Of a stretch of DNA of 64,000 nucleotides, positions 30,255-39,405 are shown in pieces. Origin of the DNA: Deltaproteobacteria bacterium (GTDB taxonomy: Bacteria > Desulfobacterota > Syntrophia > Syntrophales > Smithellaceae); NCBI GenBank assembly GCA_025361065.1, contig JANYAY010000064.1, forward strand, positions 40,086-104,085, read 5' to 3'. Below the pieces are notes generated by a model, which was given only the letters and a program-made list of their open reading frames with translations, searched no databases and was not told the origin of the DNA. A program made the translations under genes and the position numbers. Position 1 is the stretch's first letter. Every line of letters starts with the position of its first letter.

Positions 30255-31250
30255 CTAATTTAACTGCTTTGCTTGCTTGGCGATCCAGCAGGCAGCAAAA
30301 TGACCGGATTTGATTTCCATAAGATTTGGTTCCTGCTCGGCACAAATGCTTTCGGCCCAGGAGCATCTATCCTGAAAACGGCATCCCACGGCCAGATTAT
30401 ATAAACTGGGAACCGAACCGGGAATAGTTTTGAGATGTTTCTGCCGGTCATTGCCGTCATTACCGCATCCAGCCGGCAGGGAATCGATCAACCCTTTAGT
30501 GTAAGGATGAAGCGGGTTGGCAAATATTTCATTGACCGTAGAATTTTCCACAATTTTGCCAGCATACATTACCGCCACATTTTGTGCTGTCTGGGCAACA
30601 ATTCCCAGATCATGGGTGATCAGAATTACCGCCATATTATTTTTCTTTTTCAGATCAGAAATCAAATCCAGAATTTGTGCCTGAATGGTTACATCCAATG
30701 CCGTTGTCGGTTCATCGGCCAGAAGTAATCGGGGATGACAAGACATGGCCATCGCAATCATCACCCGCTGTCGCATACCGCCGCTCAACTGATGCGGGTA
30801 ATCTTGTGCTCTTCTTTCCGGTTCGGGAATTCCTACTTCCTGCAATTGTTCAATGGCCAAAGCAAGAGCTTCTCTGTTGGGAAGCTTTTGATGCAGTCTG
30901 ATCGCTTCAGCGATTTGTTCGCCAATACGAATAACGGGATTGAGTGAAGTCATCGGCTCCTGGAAGACCATAGCAATTTCATTGCCCCGCTTGGAACGGA
31001 TATCTTCCGCAGATAGCTTTAATAAATCCTGTCCTGAAAAAGATACGGTCCCGTGTATAATATTGCCGTTGGTGGGAATTAAACGCATTATAGAGAGCGC
31101 CAACACAGTCTTGCCGCAACCGGATTCGCCGACAATGCCCAATGTCTCTCCCGGTTGCAAACTCAAAGAAACTCCATCAACCGCTTTTATTCGGCCACGA
31201 TTCGTCTCAAATACGGTTGTCAATTCCTTTATGTCTAATAGAGGCGGCAT
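30255..31250 (-). CDS. oligopeptide/dipeptide-type ABC transporter ATP-binding protein (OppD/DppD-like)
   Basis: The Met at 31250 gives MPPLLDIKELTTVF. It has GESGCGKT, LSGGMRQR and LLADEPTTALD. Confidence 0.88.
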   Translation of the reverse strand: MPPLLDIKELTTVFETNRGRIKAVDGVSLSLQPGETLGIVGESGCGKTVLALSIMRLIPTNGNIIHGTVSFSGQDLLKLSAEDIRSKRGNEIAMVFQEPMTSLNPVIRIGEQIAEAIRLHQKLPNREALALAIEQLQEVGIPEPERRAQDYPHQLSGGMRQRVMIAMAMSCHPRLLLADEPTTALDVTIQAQILDLISDLKKKNNMAVILITHDLGIVAQTAQNVAVMYAGKIVENSTVNEIFANPLHPYTKGLIDSLPAGCGNDGNDRQKHLKTIPGSVPSLYNLAVGCRFQDRCSWAESICAEQEPNLMEIKSGHFAACWIAKQAKQLN

Positions 31251-31251
31251 A

Positions 31252-32751
31252 TTATTTGTGAGTGCAATTCCGCAGATATTCCGTGAGCAGGCGCACTGCA
31301 ACTCCTGAGGCTCCCTTCGGGATATAAGATTTGTCTTTGCCACACCAGGCTGGTCCCGCAATATCTAAATGAACCCAGGGAAAATCACCGACAAATTTAC
31401 TCAAAAAAGCTGCTGCAGTAATTGTGCTGGCGGCTCGTCCTCCGCTATTTTTATAATCGGCAATATCGCTCTTGATAAGTTCGGAATAGCTCTCCCACAA
31501 GGGCAGTTCCCAGACAAATTCACCGGTTGTCCGGGCGGCCTTGTTAATTTCACTCTTGAGTTTTTCATCGGTTCCCAGCATCCCGATAAGATCATCACCC
31601 AGAGCGATAATGCAGGCACCGGTGAGGGTAGCAACATCGATAATCGCCACCGGCTTATATTTGGAGGCATAAGCAAGGGCATCAGCCAGGATCAAACGGC
31701 CTTCAGCATCTGTATTGACAATTTCGATAGTTTTACCCGAATAGGATTTTAAAATATCTCCCGGTTTATAGGCAGTACCACTGGGCATATTTTCCGTGGC
31801 CGGTATCAGTCCGATAATATTTAGCGGCAGCCGCAGATCAGCAGCCACCATAATCGTTGCCATAACTGCTGCTCCACCGGACATATCCGATTTCATTTCA
31901 TCCATTTTCTCCGCCGGCTTGATACTGATTCCCCCACTATCAAACGTCAAACCTTTACCCACAAGAACAACAGGTGCTGCGCTTTTCGAGCTGCCTGAAT
32001 ATTCCAATATAATAAACCTGGGCTCTTCATTACTTCCCGAAGCCACACCAAGAAGAGCATTCATTTCCATTTTCTTCATCTTAGCCCGATCCAATACTTT
32101 GCAGGTTACATTTTTTCTGCGGGCGATTTCTCCTGCTTTTTGCGCCATAACAGAAGGCGTCATTTCATTGGAGGGAGCGGAAATAAGGTCACGAGCCAAG
32201 TATACACCCCCGGCGATAATCCGGGCAATTTTAACAGCGGATTCAACAACAGAATATTTTTCCCCTTCGGCAATAATATTAAATTGCTCCATTTCCCTGA
32301 TATCTTCACGTCCCACTGTTTTGTAAGCCGTATATTGATAAAGACCCAGGATTGCGCCTTCAACAACTGCCTGCACAATTTTATCTTCTTTCTCGGAAAG
32401 CATATTCAAATCTATGGAAGTTGCCGCTTCTTTAATATTCAGGCTGCGCAAATGCTGCATCACTTTGCTGAAAGCAGTCCGAATTTTTTCCAGATTAATT
32501 TCGCTTTTTTTACCTAAACCAACGAGGGTTATTCTTTGCGCCGGAATTGCCCCCCGGGTATAAATTACTGATATTTGCGAAGGCTTACCTGTGAAATCGC
32601 CGTTATTAATGAATTCGGTGATTAATCCCTTGCACGCCTGATCAATTAATAATGCAGTTCCGGTCAATTCTTTTTGATCCTGGAATAAGGCTAAAATAAC
32701 GGCCTGGCTTTTAATATCCTGAAGTTTTCCTTTTTTAACAAATATCTTCAT
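31252..32751 (-). CDS. pepA: leucyl aminopeptidase (M17 family)
   Basis: VGKGLTFDSGG and NTDAEGRL (the M17 signature NTDAEGRLxLAD) in 499 aa. Confidence 0.92.
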   Translation of the reverse strand: MKIFVKKGKLQDIKSQAVILALFQDQKELTGTALLIDQACKGLITEFINNGDFTGKPSQISVIYTRGAIPAQRITLVGLGKKSEINLEKIRTAFSKVMQHLRSLNIKEAATSIDLNMLSEKEDKIVQAVVEGAILGLYQYTAYKTVGREDIREMEQFNIIAEGEKYSVVESAVKIARIIAGGVYLARDLISAPSNEMTPSVMAQKAGEIARRKNVTCKVLDRAKMKKMEMNALLGVASGSNEEPRFIILEYSGSSKSAAPVVLVGKGLTFDSGGISIKPAEKMDEMKSDMSGGAAVMATIMVAADLRLPLNIIGLIPATENMPSGTAYKPGDILKSYSGKTIEIVNTDAEGRLILADALAYASKYKPVAIIDVATLTGACIIALGDDLIGMLGTDEKLKSEINKAARTTGEFVWELPLWESYSELIKSDIADYKNSGGRAASTITAAAFLSKFVGDFPWVHLDIAGPAWCGKDKSYIPKGASGVAVRLLTEYLRNCTHK

Positions 32752-32889
32752 TACATTTAACTCCTGCTTATTAATAATTTATTGGTTATTTTAACTTTGG
32801 CGGAAGATAGCATGTCTCGAAAAAAAGTCAATTATTTAAAGGGCACTAATATACCCTCAACAATAAAGGCGGCTTCTAAATACAATTTC

Positions 32890-35346
32890 TTACCCGGTCC
32901 TGGCCAGATCCAGTTTGTCTTGCCATTTCCAAAGCAAAGTTTCCCGCAAAATTAAGTGTTCGGGTTTTTCTAAGAAAGGATCGTGGTCGGCTAAGGCAAA
33001 TGCATCTTCTTTGGCATCGTTTAAAATTCGGGCATCGCGGATAATGCTGGCAATGCGGAAATCGGGCAAGCCCGATTGTCTTGTGCCTAAAAAATCCCCG
33101 GGACCGCGAATGGCTAAATCCTCTTCGGCCAGCACAAAACCATCCGTTGTTTTTTCCATAACTTTGAGTCTCTTGCGGGCGACATCAGAACGGGCATAAT
33201 CGGCAAGCAATATGCAACTGGAAGGGATATCCCTTCGGCCTACCCTGCCCCGCAGTTGATGCAGTTGCGAAAGACCGAAGCGCTCCGCATGTTCAATAAC
33301 CATTAAGGATGCCCTTGGTATGTCGATGCCCACTTCAATGACTGTTGTCGCGACAAGAACATGAATTTGATTGTCCTGAAAAGCCTGCATCACCGCGTCT
33401 TTTTCCTTATCCTTCATTTTGCCGTGAATCAGGCCGACTTTGCGATCGGGGAAAATATCTTTTTGCAGATGAGCCGCCATGTTGGTTGCGTCTTTTAAAT
33501 CCAGATTTTCGGATTGTTCCACCAATGGATAAACGATGAAGGCCTGATGGCCGCAGGCGAGCTCTTTGGCAATGATCGAATAAACTTTATCGCGCTTATT
33601 TTCACCCATGACTGTTGTGTGCACAGGTTGTTTTCCGGGAGGCATCTCATCGATTACCGATACATCCAGATCGCCATAAACCGTCATAGCCAGTGTGCGC
33701 GGAATCGGTGTAGCAGTCATCACCAGCACATCAGCGTCGATTCCTTTATTGCGCAGTGTGGCCCGCTGCATGACACCAAAACGGTGTTGCTCATCTATTA
33801 CAACCAACCCCAGTTTGTGAAAATCAACGTCTTCCTGAATCAGGGCATGAGTTCCGATGATAATATTGGCGCTGCCGGAATTAATTTGTTCGAGAGCTTC
33901 CTTTCGATCCGCCGCATTCATGCTGCCGGTAAGCAACACGACGTTCCATCCCAGATTAACCGCCCATTCCTTAATATTCCGATAGTGCTGTTTGGCTAAT
34001 ATTTCCGTGGGCGCCATCATTGCCGCCTGATAATTATTGGCGCAGGCAATAATTATGGCCGCCATTGATACAACTGTTTTACCGCTGCCGACATCACCCT
34101 GTAAAAGCCGGTTCATCGCCGTGTCGCGGGCCATGTCTGTCAGTATTTCATTGGTTACCCTGCTTTGAGCGGCTGTCAGCGAAAAAGGCAAACTGGAAAT
34201 AAACTTCTCTAATAAATTGATCTCAGCTTTAAACCGGATTCCCTTCTCCAGAATCCGCCCTGATTTTTTTATGGCCATGCCCAGCTGGAAAAAAAAGAAT
34301 TCATCATAAATCAAGCGGTGATGTGCCGCCGAGCGCTGGAGATTGTAATGTTCCGGATTTTCATTGCGATCCGGAAAATGGACTGACCTGATCGCGGTTT
34401 GCAGATCGATTAAATTGCGTTTGCGGCAAATCTCGGGTGGAATTGGCGAAATAACATAGCGGGCATAATTGGCTAACGCCTGATACATAACTTTACGTAT
34501 GTATTTTTGATGCAGGCCTTCCGTCTCGGAATAAATGGGAACAATTCTTTTGAAATTAAGAAGATTTTCTTCGTCATTATCGTCCAATATTTCATAGTCC
34601 GGGTGGATCATGGCGCGGCCCGCGTAATCTGGCGTTACGTTGCCGGTGAAAATTACTTCTGTTCCTTTCTTAAAAGCTCCCAGAAGATAGGAAGTCTGGC
34701 CTTTGAACCATTTTGCTTTGAGGTTGGCCGTATTATCGCTGATTGTGATTTCCAGAATCCGTCTTTTGCCGTAATATTTATATTCAATCAGAATTACTTT
34801 CCCCATGACGGTTTGATTTTTTCCGGCTTCCAGTCGATTGATTTTTTTAATTTCCCTTCTGTCTTCATAGGTTCGAGGCAAGAAATAAAGCAGATCTTCC
34901 ACATTGTTTATTTTTTTTGCCTCGAAACGCTGCGCCATTTTTGGCCCGACGCCTTTTAAAAATTGTACCGGCAGTGTCAATTTGGCCAGTGTCTCTTTCA
35001 AATCCGCTATTCTTTGAATGGATTGTGCATCTGGCTTCGTGCTGGGCGTTGTGATCAAATTAACAGCTGTTTTGATCTTATCTAATAATTCTGTTGCTTG
35101 CTTAATTTTTAGTTTTCTCAGTTCCGGCTCAAGCAAATCGTAATCGGAAAATAATGTTAATAATTCGTTCACCAGCGTTGATGAATTATCCTGGAGACCG
35201 GGAGGCAGAGAACCTTTGAGCGTTGCCGATAAATTCAAAAGTGTTTTGCCCAAATCTTTAATATGAGCTAAATTTTTAAAATTGTTTTGGGAAGCAAAAT
35301 GCAATGGCTGCTCAATTTTTTGCAGAATCTTTTTAAATTCTTCCAT
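32890..35346 (-). CDS. recG: ATP-dependent DNA helicase RecG with an N-terminal extension of about 125 aa
   Basis: Wedge/OB region, helicase motif I GDVGSGKT, DEQHRFG, TATPIPRT, and the TRG motif QLHQLRGRVGR. It is 818 aa. Confidence 0.92.
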   Translation of the reverse strand: MEEFKKILQKIEQPLHFASQNNFKNLAHIKDLGKTLLNLSATLKGSLPPGLQDNSSTLVNELLTLFSDYDLLEPELRKLKIKQATELLDKIKTAVNLITTPSTKPDAQSIQRIADLKETLAKLTLPVQFLKGVGPKMAQRFEAKKINNVEDLLYFLPRTYEDRREIKKINRLEAGKNQTVMGKVILIEYKYYGKRRILEITISDNTANLKAKWFKGQTSYLLGAFKKGTEVIFTGNVTPDYAGRAMIHPDYEILDDNDEENLLNFKRIVPIYSETEGLHQKYIRKVMYQALANYARYVISPIPPEICRKRNLIDLQTAIRSVHFPDRNENPEHYNLQRSAAHHRLIYDEFFFFQLGMAIKKSGRILEKGIRFKAEINLLEKFISSLPFSLTAAQSRVTNEILTDMARDTAMNRLLQGDVGSGKTVVSMAAIIIACANNYQAAMMAPTEILAKQHYRNIKEWAVNLGWNVVLLTGSMNAADRKEALEQINSGSANIIIGTHALIQEDVDFHKLGLVVIDEQHRFGVMQRATLRNKGIDADVLVMTATPIPRTLAMTVYGDLDVSVIDEMPPGKQPVHTTVMGENKRDKVYSIIAKELACGHQAFIVYPLVEQSENLDLKDATNMAAHLQKDIFPDRKVGLIHGKMKDKEKDAVMQAFQDNQIHVLVATTVIEVGIDIPRASLMVIEHAERFGLSQLHQLRGRVGRRDIPSSCILLADYARSDVARKRLKVMEKTTDGFVLAEEDLAIRGPGDFLGTRQSGLPDFRIASIIRDARILNDAKEDAFALADHDPFLEKPEHLILRETLLWKWQDKLDLARTG

Positions 35347-35446
35347 TTACAGCACCGCAAAATGGGATTTACAAATATGTTTATTGGCTAATTGACAATT
35401 TTTGTTAACAAATATATTTTATTTCCGCAAGGAATGATTGCCGCCC

Positions 35447-35547
35447 TCGCAAAAAGTCCCTATGCTGCATACCTCATTGTTGCGACGTGCGCTAAGTAAG
35501 CCTTTCTCCTTACGATTTGTCCCCCTTGCCTCTGGATCTTTTTACGA
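35447..35547. repeat. imperfect palindromic intergenic element (REP/MITE-like), related 5-prime end also at 43921
   Basis: TCGCAAAAAGTCCC (35447-35460) pairs with its imperfect inverted partner GGATCTTTTTACGA (35534-35547). A 14-mer, TCGTAAAAAGTCCC, recurs at 43921-43934 with one mismatch. Confidence 0.4.
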
Positions 35548-35672
35548 TATCGGCGAAATATTTTTAGTTTTTTGACTTTTTGTCAGATCATCATGATTGA
35601 CTTAAATACTGATTTACGTTAGATGAGCCCGAATTAATACTTTATAATAAAGCAATAATCATATGAGGTAAT

Positions 35673-36722
35673 ATGCCAATTAAATCTACCTATAAAAATT
35701 CAGGCGTCGATATTGACACAGCCAACGATTTTATCGAACGAATCAAACCGTTCATTAAAACTACGGCGCGAAAAGAGGTAGTTTCCGGGATAGGGGGTTT
35801 TGGCGGACTTTTTCGCTTTGACTCCAGTAAATATAAAAATCCAATTCTGGTCTCTTCTACCGACGGCGTAGGAACTAAACTCAAAATTGCTCAATTAATG
35901 GATAAGCACGATACCATCGGCATTGATCTTGTGGCCATGTCCGTAAATGACGTTGTGGTTCAGGGCGCCGAACCGCTGTTCTTTCTGGACTATCTGGCAA
36001 CGGGCAAAATCGAACTGGAAAAGAGTGTAAAAATTGTCGAAGGTATTGTTGCGGGATGCAGGCAGGCTGGTTGTACATTAATTGGCGGTGAAACCGCTGA
36101 AATGCCCGGTTTTTATAAAAGCGGAGAATATGATCTGGCCGGTTTTTGCGTCGGCGTCGTTGACTCGGAAAAGCTTATTGACGGCTCAGCAATCAGCGTT
36201 AATGACTGCATTATCGGAGTTGCTTCCAGCGGTTTGCATAGCAACGGCTTTTCTCTGGCGAGAAAAGTTTTGCTGGATAAAGGGAAATTGCAGGTTACAG
36301 ACACAGTCGCCGGTCTAGAAAAAACCGTTGGCTTGGAACTTTTAGAGCCCACGAGAATTTATGTAAAGCCAATGCTTAATCTTTTCAAAAATTTCAACAT
36401 CAAAGGACTTGTGCATATAACCGGCGGCGGATTCTATGATAATATCCCCCGGATAATTCCCCAGTCCTGCCGTTGCGTGATTTCTAAAAACAGCTGGGAT
36501 ATACCGCCGATTTTTCAGGTCATCAAAGAAATAGGCAAAGTTGATGAAAAAGAAATGTTCCGTGTTTTCAATATGGGTATCGGGATGATGATTGTTGCTC
36601 CGGAAAAAGAAGCTGAAGAAGTTATTCATCGGTTGGAAGTGTTAGGTGAAAAGGCATATTTAATCGGTGCCGTGGAAAAGAGAGAGAGAAAACAGTCTCT
36701 GGTTTGTTTCAGTGAAGCTTGA
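35673..36722 (+). CDS. purM: phosphoribosylformylglycinamidine cyclo-ligase
   Basis: YKNSGVDID, DGVGTK and GGETAEMPG motifs in 349 aa. Confidence 0.93.
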   Translation: MPIKSTYKNSGVDIDTANDFIERIKPFIKTTARKEVVSGIGGFGGLFRFDSSKYKNPILVSSTDGVGTKLKIAQLMDKHDTIGIDLVAMSVNDVVVQGAEPLFFLDYLATGKIELEKSVKIVEGIVAGCRQAGCTLIGGETAEMPGFYKSGEYDLAGFCVGVVDSEKLIDGSAISVNDCIIGVASSGLHSNGFSLARKVLLDKGKLQVTDTVAGLEKTVGLELLEPTRIYVKPMLNLFKNFNIKGLVHITGGGFYDNIPRIIPQSCRCVISKNSWDIPPIFQVIKEIGKVDEKEMFRVFNMGIGMMIVAPEKEAEEVIHRLEVLGEKAYLIGAVEKRERKQSLVCFSEA

Positions 36723-36733
36723 CGGTAAATAAA

Positions 36734-37399
36734 ATGGCCCAACCATTGAAACTGGGGGTGTTAATTTCCGGCAGCGGCTCGAACCTCCAATCGATCATCG
36801 ATAATATTGAAAAAGGCGCCTTAAAAGCGTCAATCAAGATAGTCATCTGTAATAACCCTCACTCCTTTGGAATAACCAGAGCACAAAAACATGGCCTGCC
36901 TGTCGTCGTCTTAAAACAGGAAGATTTCAAAACCAGAGCAGATTTTGATGGGGAATTAATTCGAATTTTAAGAAGTAAAGAAATTGATCTGGTCGTTCTT
37001 GCTGGTTTCATGCGCATTCTTACCCCTGATTTCTTAAAAGCATTCCCACTGAAAATAATTAATATTCACCCTGCTCTGTTACCTTCCTTTCCGGGAATTC
37101 ATGGTCAGAAAGATGCTTTTGAATACGGTGTGAAATTTTCCGGTTGTACCGTTCATTTTGTTGACGAAGGAGTCGATACCGGACCGATTATTATTCAAAG
37201 TGTTGTCCCCGTTTTCCAGGATGATACCAAAGAAACTCTGGCTTTGCGCATATTAAAGGAAGAGCACCGGATCTACCCTCAGGCAATTCAATATTTTGCC
37301 GAAGGCAAAATTACAATTGCCGGGCGTAAAGTTCTGATTAAAGATACTGAAGAAACGCCTTTAATTGCATTACATAACCCCTCTTTAGCAGGTTTTTAA
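36734..37399 (+). CDS. purN: phosphoribosylglycinamide formyltransferase
   Basis: LGVLISGSGSNLQ, NIHPALLPSFPG and SGCTVHFV motifs. The ATG at 36734 was chosen over the TTG at 36719. Confidence 0.9.
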   Translation: MAQPLKLGVLISGSGSNLQSIIDNIEKGALKASIKIVICNNPHSFGITRAQKHGLPVVVLKQEDFKTRADFDGELIRILRSKEIDLVVLAGFMRILTPDFLKAFPLKIINIHPALLPSFPGIHGQKDAFEYGVKFSGCTVHFVDEGVDTGPIIIQSVVPVFQDDTKETLALRILKEEHRIYPQAIQYFAEGKITIAGRKVLIKDTEETPLIALHNPSLAGF

Positions 37400-37404
37400 T
37401 AATC

Positions 37405-37848
37405 ATGATTGTTGTAAGCGCTTGTTTGTTAGGCCTGAAATGCCGCTGGGACGGCCAAAGTTATCAGCAAGAAAAAAAATTGATGCATTCGCCGGATATG
37501 ATTCCGGTTTGCCCGGAACAACTGGGAGGCCTTCCGACGCCTCGTGAACCGGCACAAATTATTGACGGAAATGGATTTGATGTTTTGCATGATCGGGCCC
37601 GGGTGATCAATGCTGCGGGAATTGATGTAACTTACGAATTTATCCGCGGAGCGAGAGCGGTATTAAGAATTGCCCGGCAGTATAATGTTGAACGTGCTAT
37701 TTTTAAGGAACGTAGTCCTTCATGCGCCGTACATCAACTTTACCAGGGTAAAACGCTGGTTGCGGGAATGGGTGTTACTTGTGCGTTACTTTTCCGTGAA
37801 GGTTTTGCAGTTTTGTCATCAGAGGAAATAGATAAATTGCATGCATGA
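37405..37848 (+). CDS. DUF523-family protein (TudS-like Fe-S thiouracil desulfidase family)
   Basis: VSACLLGLKCRWDG...CPEQLGGLPTPR...SPSC matches the conserved Cys pattern of DUF523 as I recall it. Confidence 0.7.
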   Translation: MIVVSACLLGLKCRWDGQSYQQEKKLMHSPDMIPVCPEQLGGLPTPREPAQIIDGNGFDVLHDRARVINAAGIDVTYEFIRGARAVLRIARQYNVERAIFKERSPSCAVHQLYQGKTLVAGMGVTCALLFREGFAVLSSEEIDKLHA

Positions 37849-39292
37849 TTTAATGGTTATCGGTGATGATCTTTCTTCTCATGTGGCGGCAGCTGTTGGA
37901 GCAAACTATGGCTTGGACACAGTGCTGGTAGCGCCGCGCGGTACCGGCGGGTTTCATTTGGAAGGTGACTTCGCTTTTAACATTGACCCGACACCTCTGA
38001 GCGGTTTTGGAGTTAACCAGACGTGTCTCTCTCTTTTAGCAGAGCTTGATATCCCGCTAATTGAACGGGAAGGTAAAATATTAAACCCTGCTTATCAAAT
38101 AATATTACCTGAGCACAGGATCGATTTTTTTAATGAGAAAGAAGCACTGGTCAATGAAATGGCCAGGGAGTTTCCCCAACACGCCCGGAAGATTAGCGCC
38201 TTCTACGAATCAGCTGCAAAAAAAAGCAAAATTTTCAGTGAGTGGTTGCATACTCATCCGTTTATCCAACCACTTAATATAAAGGATTATTATAACTTTT
38301 TAAAGATGACGCCATATTTGTTGCTGCATCAAATTGAAAAAACTAAATTCAAAAATCTTTTAAACAGTAATGTTTCTTTAAAAAAAGTCTTCGCTGCGCA
38401 AGAAGCATTACTGAGCATTTCAAGCGGCAACCAAGATAGCTTTTCTTCCAGTTATATCCATTGCACCCCTTTTCGGGGTATTTATTATTTCCGGCAGGGT
38501 AAACAGATTATCTTCAATTCCTTAATTAAAATACTGGAATCGAAAAACGGTTTGTATTTAGACAGTTGCGAAGTGTTAAATGTAAAAAAAGAAAGCGCGA
38601 TTGCAATTGAATTTGCCGATAAAGCGGGCAATACTTCCAGTCTGTCAGCAAAAAATCTAATTGTGAGTACAAAGTGGGAAGGCATGTACCTATTGCTCGC
38701 GGGTAAAAAGAAAATCAATTTCGGTGACTGGATTAGCCCGGTTCAAATCTCGCATTTACCTTTTACAATTCATCTGGGCTGCGTCCGTAAATGTATTCCG
38801 GAAAAGATGGCGCGTCATCTGGCCATAGTTTCTGATGTTCAAAAAAATATTTTCGATAACAATCTGATTATTCTGGAATCGAGTATGCCGGAAGATGAAA
38901 TGATGCCTGCTGCAAACAAAGTATCACTTACAGCAACTGTTTTTTTGCCACATGATCCTGATGTGTGGTCCCGGGAAAATCTGGCAGCAGCAGCTTCATC
39001 AATTATGGAAAGACTGGAATATTTTCTTCCCTTTTTAAAAGAGAATATAGAATTTTTTGATCTGGATAAATCGATCGAAATATCCAAAATATCCCGGAGT
39101 GTATTTAATCCTAAATACAAGATTAGGAATTCTTTTATTACCGGATTTGCCGCCCGGATTAACAAAACACGCTTTAAAAATGTATATCTGACCGGCGCAT
39201 CATTGTTGGCTGACGCTGGTTTCGAGGGAGAAATAATATCGGGCATGAATGCTGCGTCCAGAGTCATTGGCAGTTGCGCAAAAATAACTTAG
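37841..39292 (+). CDS. phytoene-desaturase-like (CrtI/amine-oxidase fold) protein with a degenerate dinucleotide-binding motif
   Basis: The C-terminus VYLTGASLLADAGFEGEIISGMNAA resembles the CrtI-family C-terminal FAD motif. The N-terminus reads VIGDDLSS where GxGxxG is expected. It overlaps the DUF523 stop by 8 nt. Confidence 0.5.
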   Translation: MHDLMVIGDDLSSHVAAAVGANYGLDTVLVAPRGTGGFHLEGDFAFNIDPTPLSGFGVNQTCLSLLAELDIPLIEREGKILNPAYQIILPEHRIDFFNEKEALVNEMAREFPQHARKISAFYESAAKKSKIFSEWLHTHPFIQPLNIKDYYNFLKMTPYLLLHQIEKTKFKNLLNSNVSLKKVFAAQEALLSISSGNQDSFSSSYIHCTPFRGIYYFRQGKQIIFNSLIKILESKNGLYLDSCEVLNVKKESAIAIEFADKAGNTSSLSAKNLIVSTKWEGMYLLLAGKKKINFGDWISPVQISHLPFTIHLGCVRKCIPEKMARHLAIVSDVQKNIFDNNLIILESSMPEDEMMPAANKVSLTATVFLPHDPDVWSRENLAAAASSIMERLEYFLPFLKENIEFFDLDKSIEISKISRSVFNPKYKIRNSFITGFAARINKTRFKNVYLTGASLLADAGFEGEIISGMNAASRVIGSCAKIT

Positions 39293-39315
39293 CCTTGCCA
39301 TAACCTGATAGCCTA

Positions 39316-39348
39316 GATGTCACAAGAGGTCACGCGAGGTCACAAGGA
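39316..39348 (+). promoter_or_regulatory. three GTCAC half-sites at exact 10-bp phasing (candidate transcription-factor operator)
   Basis: GTCAC occurs at 39319-39323, 39329-39333 and 39339-39343, within GATGTCACAAGAGGTCACGCGAGGTCACAAGGA. This is about 60 nt upstream of the pfk start codon. Confidence 0.45.
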
Positions 39349-39405
39349 CCGCAGGAGTGGTCCAATGAATGCTCAAAACGGATCCTAACCAAAGAGGCTC
39401 AATCA

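Noticed and set aside
35347-35672. ZTP (pfl) or purine riboswitch upstream of purM
   Set aside because: I looked for the ZTP signature (GGGTCGTGACTGGCGAAC ... CCGCCTGGGCA) and for guanine-riboswitch junction motifs. Only a loose CCGCCC match is present, and the region is better explained by the palindromic repeat element.
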